A stretch of 64,000 nucleotides of DNA from Enoplolaimus lenunculus (taxonomy: Eukaryota), in the NCBI GenBank assembly GCA_030248215.1, contig JASANG010000611.1, positions 124,001 through 188,000 of the forward strand, read 5' to 3'. The position numbers and the translations under genes were made by a program. Positions within the stretch are counted from its first letter, which is position 1. The number at the start of each line of letters is the position of its first letter. The notes under the pieces are model-generated. The model saw nothing but the letters and a program-made list of their open reading frames with translations, ran no database searches and was not told the origin of the DNA. This document shows, in pieces, positions 36,201 to 47,216 of the stretch.

Positions 36201-37137
36201 ATATCGATTATAGAGTTGCAACATTCAAAAATAAATACCGTACCCGGTCATGGACCTGGATGTTTTTGAAAAATTCATATGGCTCAAAGTTGTTTATTTC
36301 AGACTCATATCGGAATCAAAGGCGTCGTCAAGGATGCTGCTACGAAGCAGCTGATTCCGAACGCGGTTATATGGGTTACCAATGTGACTGATTCCGCAAA
36401 TCCATTCTTAATCAAACATCCAGTTACAACAGGTCTGAGATTTCAAAAGCTTTTCGGTTTTATTATGTATTTGGGTGTTAGTATGGTGTTGCTAGAGTTG
36501 TGCAGCCAAGTAGAAAAATAATAGTCAGAAAGGCGCTATCTTCATTATATTATTTCCTAGGTTTTGTTCTATATATTTCAGCGGGAACTGGTGACTATTG
36601 GCGATTGTTGACTGATGGCGTGTACAATGTCACAGTTCAAGCATTCGGTTATCAGTCGCAAACGAAAAAAATTACGGTATCAAATGGACGTCACTCTGAA
36701 GCGCAACGGGTAGACTTTGAACTGACTCCAGACAGCCAGGGCATACCGGGTGCAGCTCGTGGTCAGTTGTATGATCTCGAAAGTGGTAACCAGGTAAGAA
36801 AATTTTCATAGATCAAAATTTTTGTTCTTAGCACATGCAAAAGGAAGAAGCATAACGGTAATCAATTACCAGGAAGCAGGAACATTTGAATTTATTGATT
36901 GCTTTACTCGTGTCTGCGTTTCGAAAAATTCAGTCTCATAACGCTATTTATTTTTGATTTATCTATCGTTTATTCCAGTTTCATTGGGATTGTGTGCATA
37001 TTTGCATTGGTGTGTAAGCAGTAGTTTGATTGTAGCAGTTGTGCTTATTACAGCTTTAGGTCGAAGATGATGAAGACAATGAAGGCGAAATTAGCGATGC
37101 GGATTTACAAAGTATCATTGAACGTATGAACAAGTAA
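24292..37137 (+). CDS. egl-21: Carboxypeptidase E-like zinc carboxypeptidase (M14B), 9 exons: 24292-24517, 33276-33472, 33861-34016, 34490-34653, 35203-35342, 35847-35986, 36303-36432, 36582-36793, 37060-37137
   Basis: Signal peptide; [80 protein letters not shown]; transthyretin-like GDYWRLL domain; single catalytic domain. All introns are GT-AG and phase-consistent. The symbol comes from remembered similarity to nematode CPE and orthology was not tested. Confidence 0.92.
24600..25218 (-). mobile_element. Miniature non-autonomous LTR retrotransposon (TRIM), family 1, with tRNA-like module in each LTR
   Basis: Direct repeats 24600-24854 and 24962-25218, each TG...CA. Perfect 5-bp TSD CGTGG (24595-24599, 25219-25223). 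107-bp interior with minus-strand PBS-like TGGGGGCTACGCCGTGAG (24944-24961) and purine-rich GAAAATAAGGG before the 3' LTR. A box TGGCGCAGTGG and B box GTTCGATCC lie inside the LTR. Confidence 0.9.
25603..26913 (-). mobile_element. Miniature LTR retrotransposon (TRIM), family 2, tRNA-Gln PBS, tRNA-like module in LTRs; one LTR interrupted by a DNA-element insertion
   Basis: Repeats 25603-26597 (minus the insertion) and 26702-26913 both start TGTTGGAA and end GCACA. 104-bp interior with minus-strand PBS TGGAGGTCCCACCGAGAC (26684-26701) and PPT AAAAAGGATGGAGG (26602-26615). No TSD was recognisable. Confidence 0.8.
25763..26548. mobile_element. CAGGG-terminal non-autonomous DNA element, itself containing a nested CAGGGATGGG-type MITE (~26094-26283)
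   Basis: CAGGGTGCAA ... TTAACCCTG ends flanked on both sides by GTGCAC; it splits the TRIM LTR. Confidence 0.65.
27638..28227. mobile_element. hAT-type MITE
   Basis: TIR CAGGGGTGGGCG / CGCCCATCCCTG; 8-bp TSD CACAGCAG / CACTGCAG. Confidence 0.7.
28292..28560. mobile_element. hAT-type MITE
   Basis: AAGGGTGCAACCGGAAT / ATTCCAGTTGCACCCTG; perfect 8-bp TSD GTTGGCGG. Confidence 0.8.
29051..30875. mobile_element. Composite of DINE-1/HINE-like elements: a forward copy with an inverted copy and a GGATTC-repeat MITE fragment inside
   Basis: TTGAGGGAAGCGAAAC at 29051; GTCY microsatellite at about 29135-29160; inverted 5' end GTTTCGCTTCGCTCAA at 30331-30346; 3' CTTCGCTCAA plus hairpin GTAGTTCTACTAC at about 30840-30868. 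Confidence 0.6.
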
Positions 37138-37384
37138 AATAAGTTATTATAAAAATAGCCATGCTTTACAAACAACATTTACTTATATACCGGTGTTTAT
37201 CATGACGTCAAAGCCATCTGTGGTATATTATTTTTGTGTATCTATAAATACAGTATAGCTGTGGTGCATTGTTCTAGTCCTATAACTTGTGTACGCGAAA
37301 TCGGAGGTTTTTTTACAAAGATTAACATTGAAGATTTACGGTGTCTATTCTCATTTTAACTTCTAAGTAAATTTTTACCAAAAA

Positions 37385-37768
37385 CTGTAGTGACACGAAT
37401 AAGACGGGGTCTCATTTTGAGTCCCAATTAATAGGAGTCTGTTTCCCTAAGTTCGTAAGCTTGTAGAGTCCCTAAACCCTAATAGAGCCCATCCTAATTG
37501 TAGCGCATAAATGGCTCCAGAACCAAATAAAGTTGAGTTCGAAACTTTAAAGTGTACCTAAGTTTTGAAAGTATATAACCTGGCATTATCGCTCAAGCTT
37601 TTGATGCAAGGCAAAAACGTTTAATTCATTGAATAGTTGCAATACCGGATATACATATATTAGTAACGAATGGTGGAGGAGGGCGGGTTGAAAATAAATA
37701 ACAGGGGAGTACCCTCTGAAGAGGTCAAATATATATCAGTCTATTCCTTCTTGTTCGTGTCACTACAC
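37385..37768. mobile_element. CTGTAGTG-family MITE (same family as 14537-14973)
   Basis: CTGTAGTGACACGAATAAGA ... TCTTGTTCGTGTCACTACAC; interior is colinear with the 14537 copy. Confidence 0.7.
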
Positions 37769-39083
37769 TATGTTAAATTGGGATTTTAAGGCGATCTTCT
37801 TAGCAATAGAAACATTAGGCCGCTAGGCATTTCCAAAACAAGGACAAGATAGAATTGTTTGATCAATACGCAAAAGAAAGGTAGTTTATTTCACAGAAAT
37901 ACTGAACATAATTCTGCAATCAGACGTCAAATTGCTAAATTACGCTCGTTATTTTCTCGTACATTTATTGTTGCTCGTTTGCTGATCTCAGATAATCATT
38001 CCATGCATAACATTCTGAATCCGGTATATTGATGAATGAATAAAAAATATTTTTGAGCATTTATGCCAGTAACGAACGTTTCAGTGTCAGGTCCGCTCTT
38101 ATATAGAATACGCTCATAATTTGGTAATTTCATGTACGCCTCTAGAGCATCTCTGCAAGGGTGTTTTCGTCATTTTGGCCCATATATAAAACGGGGCTTT
38201 GTTTTCCTGGGCTCAAAATATTACCTGGTTTTGTAGGGAACGTCTGAAGCGTAGCATTTGTTTGGAAAATGACAGAAGTTGAAAATTCTAACGCTTAAAC
38301 TTTCATGGTTTGGTAGAAACTTCAAACGCCTAGATATCTCGTGGTATGGCAAAATAAATCTGAAGCGTTAAACTTTCTTTGGAAAACGGATATGGTGGAA
38401 TATTCAAACGCCCAGATTTTGACTTGTTTGCCAGGAACCATCTGAACCGGAGATTTGTTTTGCAAAACGAAGAAAATCTATGCGTTTGAACTTTTCACAT
38501 TTCCCGTTTTCCAAATAAATCCAAAGTAACCGATGTTCTATACCAATCACGGAAAATCTAGGGGTTCAAATTTCCCACTTTTCCGGTTTTCCATACAGAA
38601 CTTATGGTTAACATGTTTTCTATCAAACCATGTCAAAACACGCATTCAAATTTTCCTGTTTTCCGAATTTCGCTTACACCTCTAACGTTCGCTTCCAAAC
38701 CGAAAGGAAACGTATACACTTAATTTTTCCACATGTTCAGAACCGAATAACACATCCCGATTTTCAATTTGGCGGAAAATTTAAATGCAAAAAACAAAAT
38801 AACGTGGTAAATAGATTATGTCATTTAGCGATTTCCGGCGTCAACAAACTTAGACTGTAACGATAAAGTCCGAAAATTCGCGCAACTCTATATTTAACGT
38901 TAGTATAATGCGCAACCTATACAAAATGTATGTCCATCAACGCAGTAGACTCATGCAAACGTTTTTGATTTAGAGATAAAATGGTTGCACAGGAGCATAC
39001 AGTTTAGCAATACTAGTAGGTATAGCTAGCATTTTGAAAACAGCATAGGGGACAATGGATGTGCAAAGTGCACGTATGGTAAC

Positions 39084-39378
39084 GTGTGAGTGACATTAAG
39101 AGACCATAAAGCAGGATGGGAGCCGCCGCTCCAACAACCCTCCCCCCGCACTAAGTAGTTCATACAATTCAGCTCTACACTGTAAAAAAATTTTGCTCAA
39201 GCAATGAATTGCTTGGTGTGGAGGTTTAGGAGTCGACAGCCCCGTGTGAGTATTAATAGACCATAAGCAGGATGGGAACAGCCGCCCGCTTCCAACCCCC
39301 CTCCCGCGCTAAGCGGTTCTTTCAATTAAGCTGTACACTAAAAAATTTTGATGAATTGCTTGGTGTGGAGGTTTAGGA
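39084..39378. repeat. Imperfect ~160-bp tandem duplication
   Basis: GTGTGAGT..AGACCATAA..GCAGGATGGGA..ATGAATTGCTTGGTGTGGAGGTTTAGGA occurs twice. Confidence 0.7.
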
Positions 39379-39485
39379 TTAAAAAAAATATTTTTATGCG
39401 AGCGAGCTGAGGTGGAAAAAAGTGCGAATTTGGTTAGAGACGTTGACCTCTCCCCCTGCATCCGTCTGCCTAAATTATATGCAGC

Positions 39486-42400
39486 TGCCCCGTTTTCCCA
39501 TTAGCCCGAAACAAACCTGTTTCATTTTCCCACCGAAAAATTGCAGTTGTCCCGTTTTCACATTTGCCCGAATCAGGTCTGTCTTATTGTCCCGCTTTCC
39601 CAGCGAAACAAACCTTTTCCGTTTTCCCAGTGAAAAATTGCAGCTGTCCGTTTTCCCATTTGCCCGAGACAGGCTTTTTCCATTGTCCAGATTTCCCAGC
39701 GAAAAGTTTCCGTTTTCCCATTTGCCGGAAGCAAACCTGTCCCGTTCTCAGCAAAAAATTTCAGCTGTCCCGTTTTCCCAGTTTTCCCAAACAGACCTGT
39801 CCCACTGTCCCGTTTCCCTAGCGAAATTTTGCAGCTGTTTCGTTTTGCTATTTGCCCGAAACAGGCCTTTCTCATTTTCCGGTCAATGTTACCCTAAAGG
39901 CCGTCCATTTTCCCGGGACAGAAATGTACCAGGAGTACCCGTCCCATTTTCCCGGGACAGCAATCTACCAGGAGTACATACAAAAAATATAATTGGGACA
40001 ACGGGACGGATGATACAGTGGGACAGATGAGACAGTTGGGACAGTTTGGACAGATGGGCCGTTGAGACAAATGGAACAGATTGGACAGTTGGTACACTTA
40101 GGACAGATGGGGCAGTTGGGACACATGGGACAGTTGGGACAGGTGGAACAGTCGGGACTAGGACAGTGGGACATCTGGGACCGTGGGTCAGTAGGACAGC
40201 TGGACAGTCCTACTGTCCCATTGTCCCACTGTCCCGCTATCCTACTGTCCCGCTGTCCTACTGTCCTACTGTCCCGCTGTCCTAGTGTCCTACTGTCCCG
40301 CTGTCCTGCTGTTCCACTGTCCCGCTGTCCTACTGTCCCACTGTCCTGCTGTTCCTCTGCCCTACTGTTCCGTTGTCCCGCTGTCCTACTGTACCGCTGT
40401 CCTACTGTCCTGCGGTCCCACTGTCCCGCAGTCCTACTGTCCCGCTGTCCTGCTATCCCTGCCCCGCTGTCTTACTGACCCACTGTCCCGCTGTCCTACT
40501 GTCCCACTGTCCCGCTGTCCTACTGTCTCACTGTCCCACCGTCCCGCTGTCCTATTGTCACGCTGTCCTACTGTCCTGCTGTCCTACTGTCCCGCTGTCC
40601 TACTGTCCTGCTGTTCCACTGTGTCCCGTTTTCCTAGCGAAATTTTGCAGCTGTCTCGTTTTGCTATTTGCCCGAAACAGGCCTTTCTCATTTTCCGGCC
40701 AATGTTACCCTAAAAAGGCCGTCCATTTTCCCGGGACAGAAATGTACCAGGAGTACCCGTCCCATTTTCCCCGGACAGCAATCTACCAGGAGTACATACA
40801 AAAAATATAATTGGGACAGCGGGACAGATGATACAGTGGGACAGATGAGACAGTTGGGACAGATGGGGCAGTTGGGACACATGGGACAGTCGGGACAGTT
40901 GGGACAGATGGAACAGTCGGGACTCGGACAGTGGGACAGCTGGGACAGTGGGCCAGTAGGACAGCAGGACAGTCCTACTGTCCCACTGACCCATTGTCCC
41001 ACTGTCCCGCTATCCTACTGTCCTGCTGTCCCACTGTCCTACTGTCCCGCTGTCCCGCTGTCCTGCTGTTCCACTCTCCCGCTGTCCTATTGTCCCACTG
41101 TCCTACTGTCCCACTGTCCCGCTGTCCTACTGTCCCACTGTCCTGCTGTCCCTCTGTCCTACTGTTCCGCTGTCCCGCTGTGCTACTGTACCGCTGTCCT
41201 ACTGTCCCGCTGTCCTACTGTCCCACTGTCCTACTGTCTCACTGTCCCACCGTCCCGCTGCCCTACTGTCACGCCGTCCTACTGTCCTGCTGTCCTACTG
41301 TCCCGCTGTCCTACTGTCCCGCTGTCCTACTGTCCCGCCGCCCTACTGTCCCGCTGTCCTGCTGTTCCACTGTCCCACTGTCCTACTGTCCCACTATCAC
41401 ACTGTCCCGCTGTCCCACTGTCCCGCTGTCCCGTTTTCCTAGCGAAATTTTGCAGCTGTCTCGTTTTACTATTTGCCCGAAACAGGCCTTTCTCATTTTC
41501 CGGCCAATGTTACCCTAAAGGCCGTCCATTTTCCCGGGACAGAAATGTACCAGGAGTACCCGTCCCATTTTCCCCGGACAGCAATCTACCAGGAGTACAT
41601 ACAAAAAATATAATTGGGACAGCGGGACAGATGATACAGTGGGACAGATGAGACAGTTGGGACAGATGGGACAGTTTGGACAGATGGGACAGTTTGGACA
41701 GATGGGACGTTGAGACAAAGGGAACAGATTGGACAGTTGGTACACTTAGGACAGATGGGGCAGTTGGGACACATGGGACAGTCGGGACAGTTGGGACAGA
41801 TGGAACAGTCGGGACTCGGACAGTGGGACAGCTGGGACAGTGGGCCAGTAGGACAGCAGGACAGTCCTACTGTCCCACTGACCCATTGTCCCACTGTCCC
41901 GCTATCCTACTGTCCTGCTGTCCCACTGTCCTACTGTCCCGCTGTCCTGCTGTTCCACTCTCCCGCTGTCCTATTGTCCCACTGTCCTACTGTCCCACTG
42001 TCCCGCTGTCCTACTGTCCCACTGTCCTGCTGTCCCTCTGTCCTACTGTTCCGCTGTCCCGCTGTGCTACTGTACCGCTGTCCTACTGTCCCGCTGTCCT
42101 ACTGTCCCACTGTCCTACTGTCTCACTGTCCCACCGTCCCGCTGCCCTACTGTCACGCCGTCCTACTGTCCTGCTGTCCTACTGTCCCGCTGTCCTACTG
42201 TCCCGCTGTCCTACTGTCCCGCTGCCCTACTGTCCCGCTGTCCTGCTGTCCCGCTGTCCTGCTGTTCCACTGTCCCACTGTCCTACTGTCCCACTATCTC
42301 ACTGTCCCGCTGTCCCACTGTCCCGCTGTCCCGTTTTCCTAGCGAAATTTTGCAGCTGTCTCGTTTTACTATTTGCCCGAAACAGGCCTTTCTCATTTTC

Positions 42401-43415
42401 CGGCCAATGTTACCCTAAAGGCCGTCCATTTTCCCGGGACAGAAATGTACCAGGAGTACCCGTCCCATTTTCCCCGGACAGCAATCTACCAGGAGTACAT
42501 ACAAAAAATATAATTGGGACAGCGGGACAGATGATACAGTGGGACAGATGAGACAGTTGGGACAGATGAGACAGTTTGGACAGATGGGACAATTTGGACA
42601 GATGGGACGTTGAGACAAATGGAACAGATTGGACAGTTGGTACACTTAGGACAGATGGGCAGTTGGGACACATGGGACAGTCGGGACAGTTGGGACAGTG
42701 GGTCAGTAGGACAGCGGGACAGTCCTACTGTCCCACTGACCCATTGTCCCACTGTCCCGCTATCCTACTGACCTGCTGTCCCACTGTCCTACTGTCCCGC
42801 TGTCCTACTGTCCCGCTGTCCTGCTGTTCCACTCTCCCGCTGTCCTATTGTCCCACTGTCCGACTGTCCCACTGTCCTACTGTCCCACTGTCCTGCTGTC
42901 CCTCTGTCCTACTGTTCCGCTGTCTGTCCTACTGTCCTGCTATCCCACTGTCCCGGGGTCCTACTGTCCCGCTGTCCTGCTATCCCACTGCTCCGCTGTC
43001 CTACTGTCCTACTGTTCCACTGTCCTACTGTCCCGCTGTCCCGCTGTCCCACTGTCCCACTGTCCCGCTGACTTACTGTCACGCTGTCCTACTGTCTTGC
43101 TGTCCCACTGTCCCGCTGTCCTACTGTCCCGCTGTCCTACTGTCCCGCTGTCCTACTGTCCCGCTGTCCTACTATCCCGTTGTCCTACTGTCCCGCTGTC
43201 CTGCTGTTCCACTGTCCCGCTGTCCTACTGTCCCACTGTCCTACTGTCTCACTGTCCCACTGTCCCGCTGTCCTACTGTCCCCACTGCCCGCTGTCCTAC
43301 TGTCCCGCTGTCCTACTGTCCCGCTGTCCTGCTGTTCCACTGTCCCGCTGTCCTACTGTCCCGCAGTCCTACTGTCCTGTCCCGCTGTCCGACATCCCAC
43401 TGTCCCGCTGTCCCA
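39486..43415. repeat. Higher-order tandem array: 4 units (periods about 816, 805, 900 bp), each a conserved ~190-bp block plus (GGGACAG)-type tract plus inverted (CTGTCC)-type minisatellite
   Basis: TAGCGAAATTTTGCAGCTG recurs at 39819, 40635, 41440 and 42340; strand polarity flips at GGACAGTCCTACTGTCC in each unit. Confidence 0.92.
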
Positions 43416-43885
43416 GTTAGGTTGTGTCGGTGGAAAAGGTATTCGATGATATTGTGAGCTCTGGACAATATTGGAGGGCTGTGCCTCCCCAATCTGAACA
43501 TTAGGGGCAAGTGCCTCTGCACCACATTTCCGAAGCCTATGGAGGGCAGGTTGGCAACACTGAGCACTCCCTAGCACACAAACTTCCAACTACTTAAAAA
43601 GCTGAGCTCAATCTCTTGTCTGGAAATCTCTGTACTAGCTCGCACATTTTTACAATCACAGAAATAAACAACGCGATTTATGAATATTTTGCAGCAATAC
43701 GCAATTTCAACTGCAATTTGCGCACACTTTACTGAGCAGCGCAGTCGCACCTGCTTGCGTTGTGTTATTTCAGCTATTAATGTGTTTGTTACGAAGTTTG
43801 TTGCTTCAACTGTTTTGCGTTTGTTTTGATTAGAAAATTTTACGACTAAAACTATAACACATAAACTTTAGGGAGTAAAATTTTC

Positions 43886-44094
43886 GGCCAATGTAAACAA
43901 CAGGCGCGGAACAGTATTAGCATATTCCAAAGCCTAAGCCTAAGCCTAAGCGTAAAGATGAGCATATCCGTAATCGTAAACGTAAGCCTAAGCTTAAGCT
44001 TAAGCCTAAACCAAGCAAAAAATTAATCGAAAGCTTAAGCTTGCTCTATTCTAGTCCCACAAAAAACCTTCTACCCTTGATCTTTACGTGGGCC
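43886..44094. mobile_element. Telomere-repeat-bearing MITE (Merlin-like)
   Basis: GGCCAATGTAAA ... TTTACGTGGGCC; TSD AAATTTTC / AAATTTTT; GCCTAA repeats inside. Confidence 0.75.
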
Positions 44095-44132
44095 AAATTT
44101 TTAAAAAAAACATACACTGAAAATGGAATTAA

Positions 44133-44395
44133 CCCCTTCTCACATTCTGTTGCCTATAGGCGACTCAGCGCAGTGTATATACGTTAAATAATATATATCG
44201 CACCGTGTTTCACAATTGCAACAGGTATACATAGTACTAAATCACCACAAGACGTGAGAGCCCCCTCGGGCTCGAACGTCAAGCTCCTGTAGCTGCGTGG
44301 TGATCGTATACGCCTCCCACTCCAGTCACTGGAGTTCGAATCTTAGCATAAAAATAGGTTTCAATGGAAATAGAAAATATTCATGTGAGAAAGGG
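44133..44395 (+). mobile_element. piggyBac-type MITE containing a tRNA-like segment
   Basis: TTAA-CCCCTTCTCACAT ... ATGTGAGAAAGGG-TTAA; internal TAGCTGCGTGGT...GAGTTCGAATC. Same family as 62450-63364, in the opposite orientation. Confidence 0.75.
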
Positions 44396-47216
44396 TTAAA
44401 AATTATCTATGCCGCCTGAACAATAACAAACCGTCCAACACAGAAAAGTTCTATTCCGGCAACTTATCACCTATAAATCGACAACGTTTGTATTTTGTTC
44501 AAGCTTGTGTTATGCAAGCTATCGGCTGATTGTAGTGGCGGATTCAGTAAGTTCGGCTGGAAACGAAAAGCCAAACGAACCAAAACTTGGTTTCGATCTC
44601 TGTTGCGGGGATGGCTCGGCTATGTGCCCCCCGTTAGATCTGTCAGTATGGCAGATGTGCAACGCTGAGCTAAAGCTTCATTTGACAGCTGTACTGGTAA
44701 ACTAGATACCATGTTATCACTGCATGAGTATATACTATTTAAAGCGTTTTCAAGGCTGTGTTACTATATTTAGCGCTTTTACATGTCTTTATAAGATTTG
44801 TATATGTAAATGCATTATGTTTAATATATATGTGTGTGTGTTGCAGATAACAAAACTGCAATGTTGTACACATCTTCATCAATGAATGCTACGCTGCCCA
44901 GACTGTTGCTGCAGTCAGGGAAGCGAAAGAACTCACAAACACATCCCCTCAATCTCGAGGCAAATGAGAAAAAAGGGGAGGAACCCAGATTTTTCGGTCT
45001 TCAGATTTTAAAAATTAACATAATTTGTATTGTAGAAATTAATGCTAAAATTGCGTTTGGCTTCGCCCGCGAGATTTTTTTGATTTCTTATTTCCCGCTA
45101 TTGCGGCCTTGTCCCGTCCGTCACAAATCAAATTTATGTTACCCAACAAACTCAGTATAAACGCATGGGCGGTTAATACCGGTCAATGCAATACGACACT
45201 GCAGTTTTAAATTGTCGAACACCACGCATTATATATTGCAATAGTTATCGTTGAACGCTGTATATTGAAAGAGTGATATATGCGGTTTGCAATGTTTGCT
45301 ACATATATTTTGTTTTAATTGAAATAAAACACAGCTTTCACTTTTGTTTTTAATCACAGAATTTGTCCCTCACGCAGAAACGAGAGTTTTTTTCGCGGGT
45401 TGCTGCTTGTGGGTGGGTGGAAATTTAAAGTGCAATAGATAATGTTTGGGTTGCATCAAAATTTGCCTTTCGGTGCGATGGGTCTGCCAATGGCAGATGC
45501 AGAAATTTCTGACGAGGGGGCTGCATGACATATATCAGTAAACAAAAGCTGGCGAGCGAGAAGTCAAAGTCCTATTTTCGTGCTAAATTTTAAACACAAT
45601 TTTAGTTTTGATCCCTGTTCGATGGGCAGGCTTCAGTGGCCACCTTGGTTCCTTTCAGTGTGGGTCTGTAGTTTTGGTTTTGTGTCGTGCTGCTGGCAGA
45701 GAAAGCTGATGGGGTCGTTGTGATATGCTTAGCTTACAAATTGAAGTTTCAAGCCTGTGGCTGGTAACAAAACATCATTGCAATCGCATATATTTACGAG
45801 CCTGTTCATCGGGCCAGTGACCAACAAAGGGGGCAGAAAAATTTTCCCGTTAAAAATTTTGCCACTCATCATCGAACGGTTTTGGAACGCGTTGTATAAT
45901 ATCTGAATTCCAAGCATGGCGCATTTTGAAATTTATGGTTCTCTAAAACATGTTGGCCAAAATATGCGCCTGGTTTTGGCGACCCCACAATGCCAAATTT
46001 TATAGTGTAGCATTTGATGTATTTCGTTCAACAGACAGATTTATTACTTACGTTGGTCTTTTAAATTATGCTGGCTTTTCATACTGGTTCACTTGCATTT
46101 GTAAAATTTTAGAGGTTTTGTCTCATATGCTGCAGTTTTGATGAAGCAGTACTGTATTTGTGCGCGTTTATTTCCTATGTTAGGGTTGCATTATACTTTT
46201 TTGTGAAATGCGGAACCGGAACCAGTAGTGGAAATTTAAATGGTGCTGTGTTGCACGGCCCGTTTTTATAAAAACTATTTTTTGACATTACGTTTTGAGC
46301 GGCGTGCAGCGTCGATTAGTGAGTACAGAGCAACACTTAGTTTTCTGTCGCGCCAGTGCACATTGTATATATATAGTCCTTAGATGGAAGCGGGCGTGAA
46401 ACGGGGCAAATTTGGCCGCCCTATGGGACAGATTGTTCTTTTAGAAAAAATAGAACCATTTATTTGTGGTTCGCAAGCACAGTGGCATGATTTTAAGTTT
46501 TGAAATTGTTTCCTAACAAATCAAAAATGTATTTTCCGCCAATTAATCGTTTAATATTTTGATCATTCATCAAATTATTCTGGTCTGCCGCTCGCATTTT
46601 GAAACTTCGGCGCGGTTTTTGTTTCAACCGGTTAGGGTGAGCGAGGGTCCCTTTAAGGGTGGGGGCCTCCGAATGGGGGTATGTTGGTGGCTGATCCGGC
46701 CTTGTGTTTGCAACTTGGCTCAATAAGTAAAAGTAGGCGTACACATTGGTTAATTATATCGCTGCACAACATAAAAATTGTACGAAAATCACGCTTCTGC
46801 CTCTCGTATAACCTAACTAATGACATTGTTCAGAGTTAGTGAACCTAGTCTTTTATGAATTGAAAAGTATTTTTAGATATATATATGTCTAAACTTCCCT
46901 GGGGTCGAGCCAATCAAAATTTTTCCCTCATGGTAACAATTACATTACACTTCATTTTTACTCATAACGACTAAAACTTTTAACTGGTTCTAAAAATAAA
47001 TACTACCTGATCCAACATATTTTTTTAAATTTCAGCCGCTAATCTCACCATGCAGTGATGCATTAAGATAGTTGCCATATGCGATATATGTAATTGGCTT
47101 ATTCTTTGTTTGATCTGCTCTCATTTAATGCTTAAATCCGCTAACCGTACCAACGTGTAACCTAACTGATATGACGTCTACATAGCTCTGATGCACCGAC
47201 ACCTGGAACTGCGCAA

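Noticed and set aside
39422..43589. Many long Cys/Pro/Leu-rich ORFs (up to 327 aa) resembling metallothionein- or keratin-associated proteins
   Set aside because: They are open in several frames on both strands because the CTGTCC minisatellite lacks stop codons; there is no splice or domain evidence.
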